From assembly GCA_963814115.1 (NCBI GenBank), contig CAWFBS010000006.1, forward strand, positions 267,096 to 331,095: DNA of 64,000 nt, given 5' to 3'. The notes beneath the pieces were generated by a model. That model searched no databases. It was not told the DNA's origin and worked only from the letters and a program-made list of their open reading frames with translations. This document shows, piece by piece, positions 1-8,715 of the stretch. Made by a program: the position numbers and the translations under genes. Every line of letters begins with the position of its first letter. The first letter of the stretch is position 1. The DNA is from an uncultured Chloroflexia bacterium (GTDB lineage Bacteria > Chloroflexota > Limnocylindria > Limnocylindrales > CSP1-4).

Positions 1-1
1 G

Positions 2-562
2 GAGGCGGTCGACGAGGGCCTCGACCCGCGGACGGTGCTCGCCGCGATGACGGCGGCCATGGAGGTCATCGGGGCTCGGTTCCAGAACCAGGAGATCTAC
101 GTCCCCGAGATGCTGATCTCCGCCCGGGCGATGAAGGAGGCCACCGCCGTCCTGGAGCCCGTCCTGGTCAGGGCCGGCATCCGGCCCCAGCACACCGCGG
201 TCATCGGGACGATCAAGGGCGACCTGCACGACATCGGCAAGAACCTGGTCGCGATGATGTGGAAGGGCGCCAACATCGAGGTGATCGACCTGGGCGCGAA
301 CGTCTCGCCGGAGCGCTTCGTCGAGGCGGCCCAGGAGCACGGCGCGCACCTGGTCGGGATCAGCGCCCTCCTGACCACGACCATGGTGGGGATGAAGGAC
401 GTCGTCGCGGCGGTCCGCGCGGCCGACCTCGGGGGGGTCAAGGTGATCGTGGGCGGCGCTCCGGTTACCCAGGACTTCGCCGACCAGATCGGCGCCGACG
501 GCTACGCGCCGGACGCGGCGTCGGCCGTCGAGGCCGCTCGGGAAGCGCTCCGCGCCGGCTGA
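2..562 (+). CDS. Corrinoid (B12-binding) protein of a cobalamin-dependent methyltransferase system, 5'-partial
   Basis: B12-binding motif GDLHDIGKNLV, ISALLTTTM, VGGAPVT, N-terminal cap EIYVPEMLISARAM; frame open to the window edge. Confidence 0.9.
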   Translation, partial: EAVDEGLDPRTVLAAMTAAMEVIGARFQNQEIYVPEMLISARAMKEATAVLEPVLVRAGIRPQHTAVIGTIKGDLHDIGKNLVAMMWKGANIEVIDLGANVSPERFVEAAQEHGAHLVGISALLTTTMVGMKDVVAAVRAADLGGVKVIVGGAPVTQDFADQIGADGYAPDAASAVEAAREALRAG

Positions 563-578
563 CGGCCGCCCGCCCGGG

Positions 579-1337
579 TCAGTCGCCCGGGGAGGCGGGT
601 TCTGCCCGGATCACCGCGTCGTCGTACGACATCGCGAGTCGCTCGCCGGGCTGCAGGACGAGGAAGTCCGCCGGGTCCCAGGCACCCTCGATCAGGCGCC
701 GAACCAGGAGCAGCTCGCCCGCAAGCTTTGCGAACCCCCAGCCGCGCCGCTCGGCGTCGTCGCGGGCACGGGCCTCGGCCGTCGCCGCCGCCTCCGGCGC
801 GGCTACATCCATCTCCACGAACGCGGCGCGGTCGTAGTGGGAGCGCCATGCGCCCAGGACTTCCATCAGGTATGCGGCGTTGTCCTCACCGTACTTCGCC
901 ACGTACTCATCGTAGGTGGCCCGCGCAGACGCGTCGGAGACCGCGCCGACCCCGCCGAACGCGCTTCCGTCGTCCGTCCGCTCCAGGTAGTCCTGGACGT
1001 ACCAGTAGGTGCCCGGGTTGGCCGTGAACTCGGCCTGGTAGCGGGAGCGATCGCCCAGGAACAGCGTGATGCAGTCGTGCGCCCGCGGGACGACCAGCGG
1101 GACGGTGCCCGCGCGCAGACCGGCCGTCGCGCCGCCGCACAGCCCGTAGGCGAGCGCCACCGCGTCGTAGGGCGCACCCACCTCGTCGATCTCGGCCTGG
1201 AGGAGCGCGCGCAGGTTGGGCGGATCGTCGTGCAGACCGCGCCGGTTCAACCGGACATCCACCACGTGCGGAGAGCGGGCCGCGCACAGGTAGACAGACC
1301 GGGCCAGGACCTCGCAGGTCAGGGCGAGCAGGCGCAT
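579..1337 (-). CDS. DUF1638-like protein (associated with corrinoid methyltransferase loci)
   Basis: MRLLALTCEVLAR..GLHDDP..LAYGLCGG..VPRAHDCITLFLG..GTYWY..YGEDNA pattern; start reassigned to ATG 1337. Confidence 0.8.
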   Translation of the reverse strand: MRLLALTCEVLARSVYLCAARSPHVVDVRLNRRGLHDDPPNLRALLQAEIDEVGAPYDAVALAYGLCGGATAGLRAGTVPLVVPRAHDCITLFLGDRSRYQAEFTANPGTYWYVQDYLERTDDGSAFGGVGAVSDASARATYDEYVAKYGEDNAAYLMEVLGAWRSHYDRAAFVEMDVAAPEAAATAEARARDDAERRGWGFAKLAGELLLVRRLIEGAWDPADFLVLQPGERLAMSYDDAVIRAEPASPGD

Positions 1338-1500
1338 CGCCGGGAAGCCTACCAGCAGCATTGCCCCTGGCGTCCCGGGCGCCGCGCACACGGCTAGCGC
1401 CCGCACGCAGCCCGGGCACCGTGCACCGCCCCGCGTGCCCCGGTGGCGCTCGCCCCCTGTATCGTTCGGGGAGTCCACCCGTATCCAGGAGCACCGCATC

Positions 1501-2706
1501 GTGGCCCTTCCGTCGCTTGCCCGGATCCCCGCCCCGCCCGACTCGATCCTCGGACTGTCGGAGGCCGCCCGCGCCGACACGCGGAGCGGAAAGATCAACC
1601 TGTCGTCGGGCGTCTTCGTGGACGAGACCGGGACGACGCCGGTCCTGGCGTCCGTGACCGAGGCCGAGCGGCGCATCCTCGCGGCGGGCCGGAGCAAGCT
1701 CTACCGGCCGATCGACGGCGAGGCGGCGTTCCGCGACGCGGTTCGCGACCTCGTCTTCACGCCCGAGCACGAGGTCGTCCGGTCCGGGCGGGTCGCCGTC
1801 AGCCAGACTCCCGGGGGCACGGGCGGGCTGCGGGTGGCAGCCGACTTCATTCGTCAGACCGGCGGCGGCGGCACGATCTGGATGAGCCAGCCCACCTGGC
1901 CCAACCATCCCCAACTGTTCTCGGCCGCCGGCTTCCGGATCCGCGAGTATCCCTACACGGACCCGACGGGGCGCAGGATCGACGAAGATGCCCTGCTCGC
2001 GGCGCTTGGAGAAGCGTCACCTGGCGATGTCGTGCTGCTCCACGGCTCGTGCCACAACCCGACCGGCGTCGATCCGTCGCCGGCACTCTGGCGGAAGATC
2101 GGCGACCTCGTGGACGACCGGCGCCTGCTTCCGTTGGTCGATTTCGCCTACCAGGGGTTCGGGGACGGGCTCCGCGAGGACGCCGACTGGATGGACGGGC
2201 TCGTGCGTCCTGGTCTCGAGCTCCTCGTCTCGACGTCCTACTCGAAGAGCTTCGCCCTGTACAACGAGCGCGTCGGAGCCCTGGTGCTCGTCGCCGGGTC
2301 GGCCGCCCAAGCCGCGGCGGCGCAATCGCACGTGCGGATCGCGATCCGCTGCAACTACTCGAACCCGCCGTCGCACGGCGGAGACATCGTGGCGACCATC
2401 CTCGGCGATCCCGACCTCCGCGCCAGGTGGGAGGTCGAGCTGGGCGGGATGCGGGCCCGAATCAAGGCGAACCGGGGGGCGCTCGTCGAGGCGATCACGG
2501 CACGCGGCATCCCCGGTGACTGGGCACCAATCGCCACCCAGCGCGGGATGTTCGCGCTCCTCGGGCTCAGCCTGGAGCAGGTGGCGCGGCTCCGCGAGGA
2601 GCACGCCGTCTACGTGGTCGGGCGCGGCAGGATCAACGTCGCGGGCTTCACGTCCGCAACCGTGGGGCCGTTCGCGGACGCGCTGGGGGCCGTCATCGCC
2701 GGCTGA
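1501..2706 (+). CDS. aspC: Aspartate/aromatic amino acid aminotransferase (AspC/TyrB family)
   Basis: KINLSSGVF, QTPGGTGGL, HNPTGVD, DFAYQGFG, SYSKSFALYNERVG (PLP Lys), RINVAG; CAGGAG SD before GTG. Confidence 0.9.
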   Translation: MALPSLARIPAPPDSILGLSEAARADTRSGKINLSSGVFVDETGTTPVLASVTEAERRILAAGRSKLYRPIDGEAAFRDAVRDLVFTPEHEVVRSGRVAVSQTPGGTGGLRVAADFIRQTGGGGTIWMSQPTWPNHPQLFSAAGFRIREYPYTDPTGRRIDEDALLAALGEASPGDVVLLHGSCHNPTGVDPSPALWRKIGDLVDDRRLLPLVDFAYQGFGDGLREDADWMDGLVRPGLELLVSTSYSKSFALYNERVGALVLVAGSAAQAAAAQSHVRIAIRCNYSNPPSHGGDIVATILGDPDLRARWEVELGGMRARIKANRGALVEAITARGIPGDWAPIATQRGMFALLGLSLEQVARLREEHAVYVVGRGRINVAGFTSATVGPFADALGAVIAG

Positions 2707-2740
2707 ACGCGTCTCCGGGCCGGCGCCGTACCATCGTTGC

Positions 2741-3631
2741 ATGCCGATCACCGCTGTCGAGCTCTTTCGCACCGTCGGGCTGAGTGCCGACGGGCCCGTC
2801 GTGTGGGGAAGCCCGGTCCGCGCCAACGGCCCGGGGATCTACGTCGTCGAGTGGCCGGCGGTGCCCGACCGCGCCCCGGTCGACATCTCGGCGGTCGGGA
2901 CGTGGCTCAGCCGCGTACCCACGCTCGCCGTGGACGGCGAACGGCCAACCGGCAAGGGGCTCGCCGCGCGGCTTGCCGCCTGGTGGCTCCCCGGTGAGCC
3001 GATCGTCTTCATCGGCAGCACCGGGAAATCGATTGCGCGGCGCGTGGACGCGTTCTACCGGACGCCGCTCGGTGATGCGCGACCGCATGCGGCAGGCCAG
3101 TGGCTCAAGGCGCTCACGAACCTCCGACGCGCACGGGTGTGGTGGGCTTCCACCGGGGCCGCGGAGGAGTACGAGGACGCCTGCTTCGAGGCCTTCGCGG
3201 CAGCCGTTCCCGACGAGGTTCGCGCGCAACTGCCTGCGAAGGGCGTCGCCCTCCCGTTCGCCAATCGGCGCCACCCGAACGGCGCCGCTCGCCCCGACGG
3301 GGTGACCGGCTCAACCGTCGAGCCCCCGGCATCGGCCGAACCGGCCGTGGCAGCCGGCAAGGGCACCACGCGCAGGAGTCCCAGCACGATCTCGGACGAG
3401 GATCTTGCCCGCGTCAACGAGCTGCTCCAGGACCTCGCCTGCGGCGAGCCGGGGCTGGAGATCACGCCGTCGCAGGCGAACGCCGAGGGTGCGATCCGAC
3501 GCCTCCTCGGGGAATCGCCCGCTCGCCCGGCAAGCGCGCTGGGACAGCTCCTGCGCGCAGGGAAGATCACCGGAGCCCACCAGGACCTGGATGGCCGATG
3601 GGCAATCCGCTGCACCAGACGGAGTCACTGA
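2741..3631 (+). CDS. Divergent GIY-YIG-like nuclease domain plus small C-terminal domain
   Basis: PGIYVV ... IVFIGST..SIARRV ... EEYED ... LPFAN; TACCAT 6 nt before ATG. Confidence 0.5.
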   Translation: MPITAVELFRTVGLSADGPVVWGSPVRANGPGIYVVEWPAVPDRAPVDISAVGTWLSRVPTLAVDGERPTGKGLAARLAAWWLPGEPIVFIGSTGKSIARRVDAFYRTPLGDARPHAAGQWLKALTNLRRARVWWASTGAAEEYEDACFEAFAAAVPDEVRAQLPAKGVALPFANRRHPNGAARPDGVTGSTVEPPASAEPAVAAGKGTTRRSPSTISDEDLARVNELLQDLACGEPGLEITPSQANAEGAIRRLLGESPARPASALGQLLRAGKITGAHQDLDGRWAIRCTRRSH

Positions 3632-4104
3632 TGACCCTTCGACCAAGCCTCGCCGTGATCGCGCACGACGGGAAGAAGACCGACCTCGTGGCGTATGCCA
3701 CCTACAACCGCGCCGTGCTCGCCCAGTTCGACCTGTACGCCACCGCGACCACCGGGCGCCTCCTCCGCGAGAAAGTCGGGCTCGAGGTGACCACCCTTCT
3801 CTCCGGCCCGCTCGGCGGCGACGCGCAGATCGCCGCGATGGTCGCCGAGGGCAAGATCCGCGCCGTCCTGTTCTTCGTGGACCCCCTGAGCGCCCACCCG
3901 CACGACCCGGACATCCGCACGCTGCTGCGCGTGTGCAACGTGCACAACATCCCGATCGCCACGACCCTTGCCGCGGCGGACCTGTTCCTGACCTCGCCGC
4001 TGCTCTACGTGGGCATGGGCGAGGTGGCGGACGTGGTCGAAGCCGGGGCGGCCGCGCTGGAGGTCGGGGTCGCCCAGCCGGGAGGTGTCGCCAGCCGGCC
4101 ATGA
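3631..4104 (+). CDS. mgsA: Methylglyoxal synthase
   Basis: IAHDGKK, ATATTG, SGPLGGDAQI, FFVDPL..HPHDPDI, NIPIAT; TGATG overlap with the upstream gene. Confidence 0.93.
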   Translation: MTLRPSLAVIAHDGKKTDLVAYATYNRAVLAQFDLYATATTGRLLREKVGLEVTTLLSGPLGGDAQIAAMVAEGKIRAVLFFVDPLSAHPHDPDIRTLLRVCNVHNIPIATTLAAADLFLTSPLLYVGMGEVADVVEAGAAALEVGVAQPGGVASRP

Positions 4105-4169
4105 CCGGCAGCCAGGTCGAGGACCTGACGGCGCCTGAGGCGGACGCGAGCCTCAGGCTGTCGCGAGCC

Positions 4170-5495
4170 TCAGCCGGATGGCAGCTCCGGCGGGCTCGCC
4201 GGAAGCCGGATCTCGAACCGGGCCCCGCCCTCCGGACGGTTGGACGCCGCGATCGTGCCGCCGTGGGCTTCCACGATCCATGCGGCGATCGACAGGCCCA
4301 GGCCGGTACCACCAGCCGGCGCGTTGTCGGCCCGCCAGAATCGCTCGAATATCCGGGGCAGGTCCTCCTCGCGGATGCCCGGGCCTTGGTCGTCGACGGT
4401 CAGCACTGCGTCCGGGCCTTCGGGCCGGATGCGCACGGCAACGGTGGTCCCCGCCGGGCTGTGCGCGAGCGCGTTGTCCGTGACGATCGTGACGAGCTGG
4501 CGAAGGCGGAGCGGATCCCCGGAGACCGTCGCAGGCCGCGGATCGACCTCCAGCTGGACGCCTCGCTGCGCGGCGACCGGCGTGAGCGGCCCCACCGCCT
4601 CCACCGTGATGTCCGCCAGGTCGAGCGTCGTGCGCTCGAGCGTCAGGGCACCGGAGTCCGTTCGCGCCAGGAGCAGGAGATCCTCGACCAGCGCCGTCAG
4701 GTGGGAGACCTCCGCGTCGATGTCATCGAGGGCTTCGCCGACCTTCTCCACGGGCTGCTTCCGGTTGCGTCGAAGATCCGACACGCTCGCCCGGATGACC
4801 GTCAAGGGCGTTCGCAGTTCGTGGCTCGCGTTCGCGGTGAACTCGCGCTGTCGCCGGAGCGCGGCGTCGCGCCGGTCCATGGAGGCCCGGACCGGGATCA
4901 GCGCCCGGCCCGCATAGACGTAGCCGGCCGCGAGAGCCAAGAGGAGCGCCGCCAGCCCGCCGACCGCGAGAACGGACAGGAGCGTCGAGAGAAGCTGCAC
5001 CTCTGAAGACCGCTCGCCCAGGACCTGGACGACGTACGAACCATCGGGCCGGACGACCGCCACCGAGTAGACCCGGATCGGAATCGACGACACCTCGACC
5101 TGGCGTACGTCCGTGGATCCGGCGCGGGCCGCGTCGACACCAGCCTGGTTCGGCAGCCCGGAGATCTCCTGCAGCTCCGCCGGCCCGAGCAGCGTGCCGT
5201 CGGGACGAACGATGAGCACGAGGGTCCCGGACGACCCGTTCCCGAACCCGGGACCCAGCACGAAGCCGCCGGGGACCGGCCCCTGGCTCTGGAGGACCCG
5301 CACGATCGGGTCGGCGCGGGCCGCCAGGAGGTCCGTCCCGCGCGCGTCGAGCGAGCCCGAGACCGCCAGGTACAGCGCCGTGCCCAGCGCGACGAGGATG
5401 ACGAGCGTCAGGCCGCCGCTCCAGGCCAACAGCCGAAGACGCGTGCGACGGAGCAGCGCCGCGTCGCCGTTCTCGCGTGGTGCGTCAGTCGCCAC
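4170..5495 (-). CDS. Membrane sensor histidine kinase
   Basis: Two TM helices, H-box ASHELRTPL, N-box DNALAH, DQGPGI, FERFWR, GTGLGLSI. Confidence 0.93.
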   Translation of the reverse strand: MATDAPRENGDAALLRRTRLRLLAWSGGLTLVILVALGTALYLAVSGSLDARGTDLLAARADPIVRVLQSQGPVPGGFVLGPGFGNGSSGTLVLIVRPDGTLLGPAELQEISGLPNQAGVDAARAGSTDVRQVEVSSIPIRVYSVAVVRPDGSYVVQVLGERSSEVQLLSTLLSVLAVGGLAALLLALAAGYVYAGRALIPVRASMDRRDAALRRQREFTANASHELRTPLTVIRASVSDLRRNRKQPVEKVGEALDDIDAEVSHLTALVEDLLLLARTDSGALTLERTTLDLADITVEAVGPLTPVAAQRGVQLEVDPRPATVSGDPLRLRQLVTIVTDNALAHSPAGTTVAVRIRPEGPDAVLTVDDQGPGIREEDLPRIFERFWRADNAPAGGTGLGLSIAAWIVEAHGGTIAASNRPEGGARFEIRLPASPPELPSG

Positions 5496-6156
5496 GCAGC
5501 CGGTATCCCATCCCGCGGACCGTCTCGATGCGGGCCGCGGCGTCCGGGCCCAGCTTGTCCCTGAGCAGGTGGATGTACGCCTCCACCGTGTTCGGGGTCA
5601 ACGCGGCACCATATGGCCAGGCATAGTCGAGGAGCTGGTCGCGGCTGAGGACCTGGCCGGGCCGCCGAAGCAGGCACTCGAGGATCGAGTACTCGCGGCC
5701 GCTCAGCTGGACCTCCTTGCCCCCCACGTCGACGCGGCGCAGCGCCTCGTCGAGCACGATCGGCCCTGCGCTGAGGCGCATCGTCGAGCGTGGCGGCGGT
5801 CGCCGGCCCAATGCGCGGAGGCGCGCAAGCAGCTCCTCGTAGGCAAACGGCTTCACGAGGTAGTCGTCCGCGCCGGCGTCCAGGCCTGCCACCCGGTCTC
5901 CCACGGCGTCGCGCGCGGTGAGCATCAGGATCGGCACCTGGTTGCCCAACCGGCGAAGCTGCCGGGCGACCTCGAAGCCAGACCGGTCCGGCAGCCCAAC
6001 ATCGAGGATGACCGCGTCGAGGCCCGGGGAGGCCCCGGCGACTTCCAGGCCGTCGTCGGCCGTCTCGGCCGTCTCCACCGTGTGGCGGTCCTGCGTCAGG
6101 AGTCGCCGGAGGAGGCGAACGAGCCGCGCGTCATCCTCGATGACCAGCAGGTGCAC
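5485..6156 (-). CDS. OmpR/PhoB-family response regulator (MprA-like)
   Basis: IEDD, LDVGLP, LTARD, GADDYLVKPF, wHTH ending IETVRGMGY. Confidence 0.95.
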   Translation of the reverse strand: MHLLVIEDDARLVRLLRRLLTQDRHTVETAETADDGLEVAGASPGLDAVILDVGLPDRSGFEVARQLRRLGNQVPILMLTARDAVGDRVAGLDAGADDYLVKPFAYEELLARLRALGRRPPPRSTMRLSAGPIVLDEALRRVDVGGKEVQLSGREYSILECLLRRPGQVLSRDQLLDYAWPYGAALTPNTVEAYIHLLRDKLGPDAAARIETVRGMGYRLRGD

Positions 6157-6202
6157 GAGATCTCCAGTGCGGGTTGGAACCCATCAGCTTGCGATTGCCT
6201 GA

Positions 6203-6797
6203 TCAGGGGGTGACGAGCGTGACCTCCGAGGCGGTGATGGTACGGGTCACCGTGCCGGTGCCGCCGGTCGCCGCCGGTCCCGCCGGTCCCGCCCGCGGCA
6301 CCGGCTCCGCCGCCAAACGCGCCGCCGAAGCCGCCCGCTCCGCCACCGAGCTCCACCTGCACCTGCACCTGCTTCCCGGCCGTCACGTCAGCCGCGGTTG
6401 CCGCCGCCTGGGCATGGTAGGTCGTGGTGCTGGGCAGGTCGACGGTGACAGTGCTCCCGTTCGCCTCCTTGAGGGTCATGGTGGTGCCCGAGATCGACTC
6501 GACAGTCCCGGTCAGGAGGACCCCGCCAAAGCCGGCCCCGCGTCCAGCGGCGCCGGCCGCGGTGCCGGCCGCGCCGGTACCACCCGTACCGAACCCGCCG
6601 CCCGCGAAACGCGAGGTGGCTGCCGCGGCCGCCGGTGCGGTCACGCGGCCGATGGCGAACGTCACGCCGCCGACGGCGATGAGCAATCCCACGGCAAGCA
6701 GGATCGTGAACGTCCGGTCCTGCTTCTTGGCCGGTGCGACGACCGGCGGCGGGGGCGTCGTCACCGGCGGGGCGACCTGCGCGAACGAGTCAGTCAT
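6203..6797 (-). CDS. Single-pass Gly-rich protein with DUF5666-like beta domain; 1-nt frameshift near 6270
   Basis: TM helix, GTVESISGTTMTLK..GSTVTV..TTY..GKQVQV; removing one base in the GGT-repeat tract restores GTGTVTRTITASEVTLVTP-stop at 6203. Confidence 0.65.
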
Positions 6798-6830
6798 GGT
6801 GCGTTCCTTTCATACGTCGCGGGGCGACGG

Positions 6831-8042
6831 TCATTCGTACCGAAGGGCGACAACAGGGTCGAGCCGGGCGGCCTGGCTCGCGGGCCAGACGCCGAACACG
6901 ATCCCCACGATCAGGCTGAAGCCGACGGCGGCCACGATCGTCAGCGGGCTGAAGATGAACCCCCAGCCGGCGATCACGCCGATCACGGCAGAGATGGCTA
7001 ACCCGATCACGATGCCGACCAGGCCGCCGGCCAGGGAGAGGGCCAGCGCCTCGATGAGGAACTGGGCCAGGATGTCGCGTCCGCGGGCACCGATCGCCTT
7101 GCGGATGCCGATCTCGCGGGTCCGCTCCCGGACCGAGACCAGCATGATGTTCATGATCCCGATGCCGCCCACGATCAGGGAGATCGAGGCGATCCCGGCC
7201 AGCAGCACGCTCAGCAGCGTGCTGACCGACCCGACCGTCGCGAGCAGTTGGTCCTGATTCTGGATCGTGAAGTCACTGGTGGCCGTTCCCGTCAACCCGT
7301 GACGCTGGCGAAGCGTGGCCGTGATCTCGGCGGTGACGGTGGTCATCTGGTCCGCGGACGCCACACTCACGCCGATCGACCGGACGCTGGTCCCACCCAC
7401 CAGCAGGGCGCTGGCGGTCGAAACCGGGATCAGGACCTCGTCGTCGGGACTCGCGAAGCCGGTGCCACCCTTGGCCTGCATGATCCCGACCACCTCGAAT
7501 GGCAGCCCTCCGATCTGGATGTCAGTCCCGATCGCGCTGGCGCCCAGGCCCAGGTCGTCCGCGGTCGTCGCGCCCAGGACCGCGACACGGAGGGTGGAAT
7601 CCACGCTGGCCGGGGTCAGGAACGAACCCTGCCACATCGTGTACGCCAGAGCGGTCAGGTAGCCCGGCGTGGTCCCGACCACGGTCGTGGTCGTGTTCAG
7701 GGAACCCGCGACCACGAGCTTCGAGGTGGAAAGCTGCGGCGCGACGGCCTGGACGCCGGACAGCGAACCGAGCGCGGTCGCGTCGGCCAGCGTGAGCGTC
7801 GTGGATGAGCCGGCCGCCCCGCGCGTGAAGCCGCTGAATGAAGCCCCCGGGTTGACCGTCAGCAGGTTCGTGCCAAGGCCCGCCAGCCGGTTGCTGATCC
7901 CGCTCGTCGCGCCCTGGCCGACCGCCACGAGGGCCACGACCGACGCGACGCCGATGACGACGCCCAGCATCGTGAGAGCTGTGCGGAGCTTGCCGGTTCC
8001 CAGGCGCCCGAGCGCGAGATGAAGGAGATCGCGCACGCTCAT
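6831..8042 (-). CDS. MacB/FtsX-family ABC permease
   Basis: LRTALTMLGVVIGVASV, GGIGIMNIMLVSVRERTREIGIRKAIGA, LDPVVALRYE. Confidence 0.93.
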   Translation of the reverse strand: MSVRDLLHLALGRLGTGKLRTALTMLGVVIGVASVVALVAVGQGATSGISNRLAGLGTNLLTVNPGASFSGFTRGAAGSSTTLTLADATALGSLSGVQAVAPQLSTSKLVVAGSLNTTTTVVGTTPGYLTALAYTMWQGSFLTPASVDSTLRVAVLGATTADDLGLGASAIGTDIQIGGLPFEVVGIMQAKGGTGFASPDDEVLIPVSTASALLVGGTSVRSIGVSVASADQMTTVTAEITATLRQRHGLTGTATSDFTIQNQDQLLATVGSVSTLLSVLLAGIASISLIVGGIGIMNIMLVSVRERTREIGIRKAIGARGRDILAQFLIEALALSLAGGLVGIVIGLAISAVIGVIAGWGFIFSPLTIVAAVGFSLIVGIVFGVWPASQAARLDPVVALRYE

Positions 8043-8713
8043 GCCGCCACCTGTCCGTCGCGGATATGGATCTGGCGGTCCGCCACGGCAGCCACCTCCG
8101 CGTCGTGGGTGATCAGGATGATCGTCCGGCCGGAGGCATGGAGGTCGTGGAAGAGCTCGATGACCTCCGCCCCGGAGTGGCTGTCGAGGTTGCCCGTCGG
8201 CTCGTCCGCGAGGAGGATGGCCGGCTCCGTGACGAGGGCCCGGGCGATCCCGACGCGCTGCTGCTGGCCCCCGGACAGCTCGGTCGGCTCGTGGTCCAGC
8301 CGGTCCCCCAGGCCCAGCCGCTCGAGGACTGCCTGGGCGCGCGCATGCCGCTCGCGGCGCGGGACGCCCTGGTACATGAGCGGCGTGGCCACGTTGTCCA
8401 GGGCGGACGTCCGCGGCAGCAGGTTGTACGACTGGAAGACGAAGCCGATCGACCGGCTTCGGAGGGCCGCGAGGCCGTCGTCGTCGAGCGTGTCGACCGG
8501 CGTGCCGTCCAGGATGTAACGCCCCTCCGTCGGCCGGTCCAGGCATCCCAGGATGTTCATCATGGTCGACTTGCCGGAGCCCGACGGTCCGATGATCGCG
8601 ACGAACTCGCCGCGGTCGATCTGCAGATTCACCGACACGAGCGCAGGCACCGACAGCCTGCCCGACGTGTAAACCCGGGAGACTCCCTCCAGGGCGATGA
8701 TCGCGCCCGTCAT
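8039..8713 (-). CDS. MacB/LolD-type ABC ATP-binding protein
   Basis: Walker A GPSGSGKST, LSGGQQQR, LADEPTGNLD, ITHD. Confidence 0.95.
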   Translation of the reverse strand: MTGAIIALEGVSRVYTSGRLSVPALVSVNLQIDRGEFVAIIGPSGSGKSTMMNILGCLDRPTEGRYILDGTPVDTLDDDGLAALRSRSIGFVFQSYNLLPRTSALDNVATPLMYQGVPRRERHARAQAVLERLGLGDRLDHEPTELSGGQQQRVGIARALVTEPAILLADEPTGNLDSHSGAEVIELFHDLHASGRTIILITHDAEVAAVADRQIHIRDGQVAA

Positions 8714-8715
8714 GG

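Noticed and set aside
2-1337. Pyrrolysine or selenocysteine recoding near the corrinoid gene
   Set aside because: No in-frame TAG/TGA interrupting a recognisable domain was seen here or elsewhere in the window
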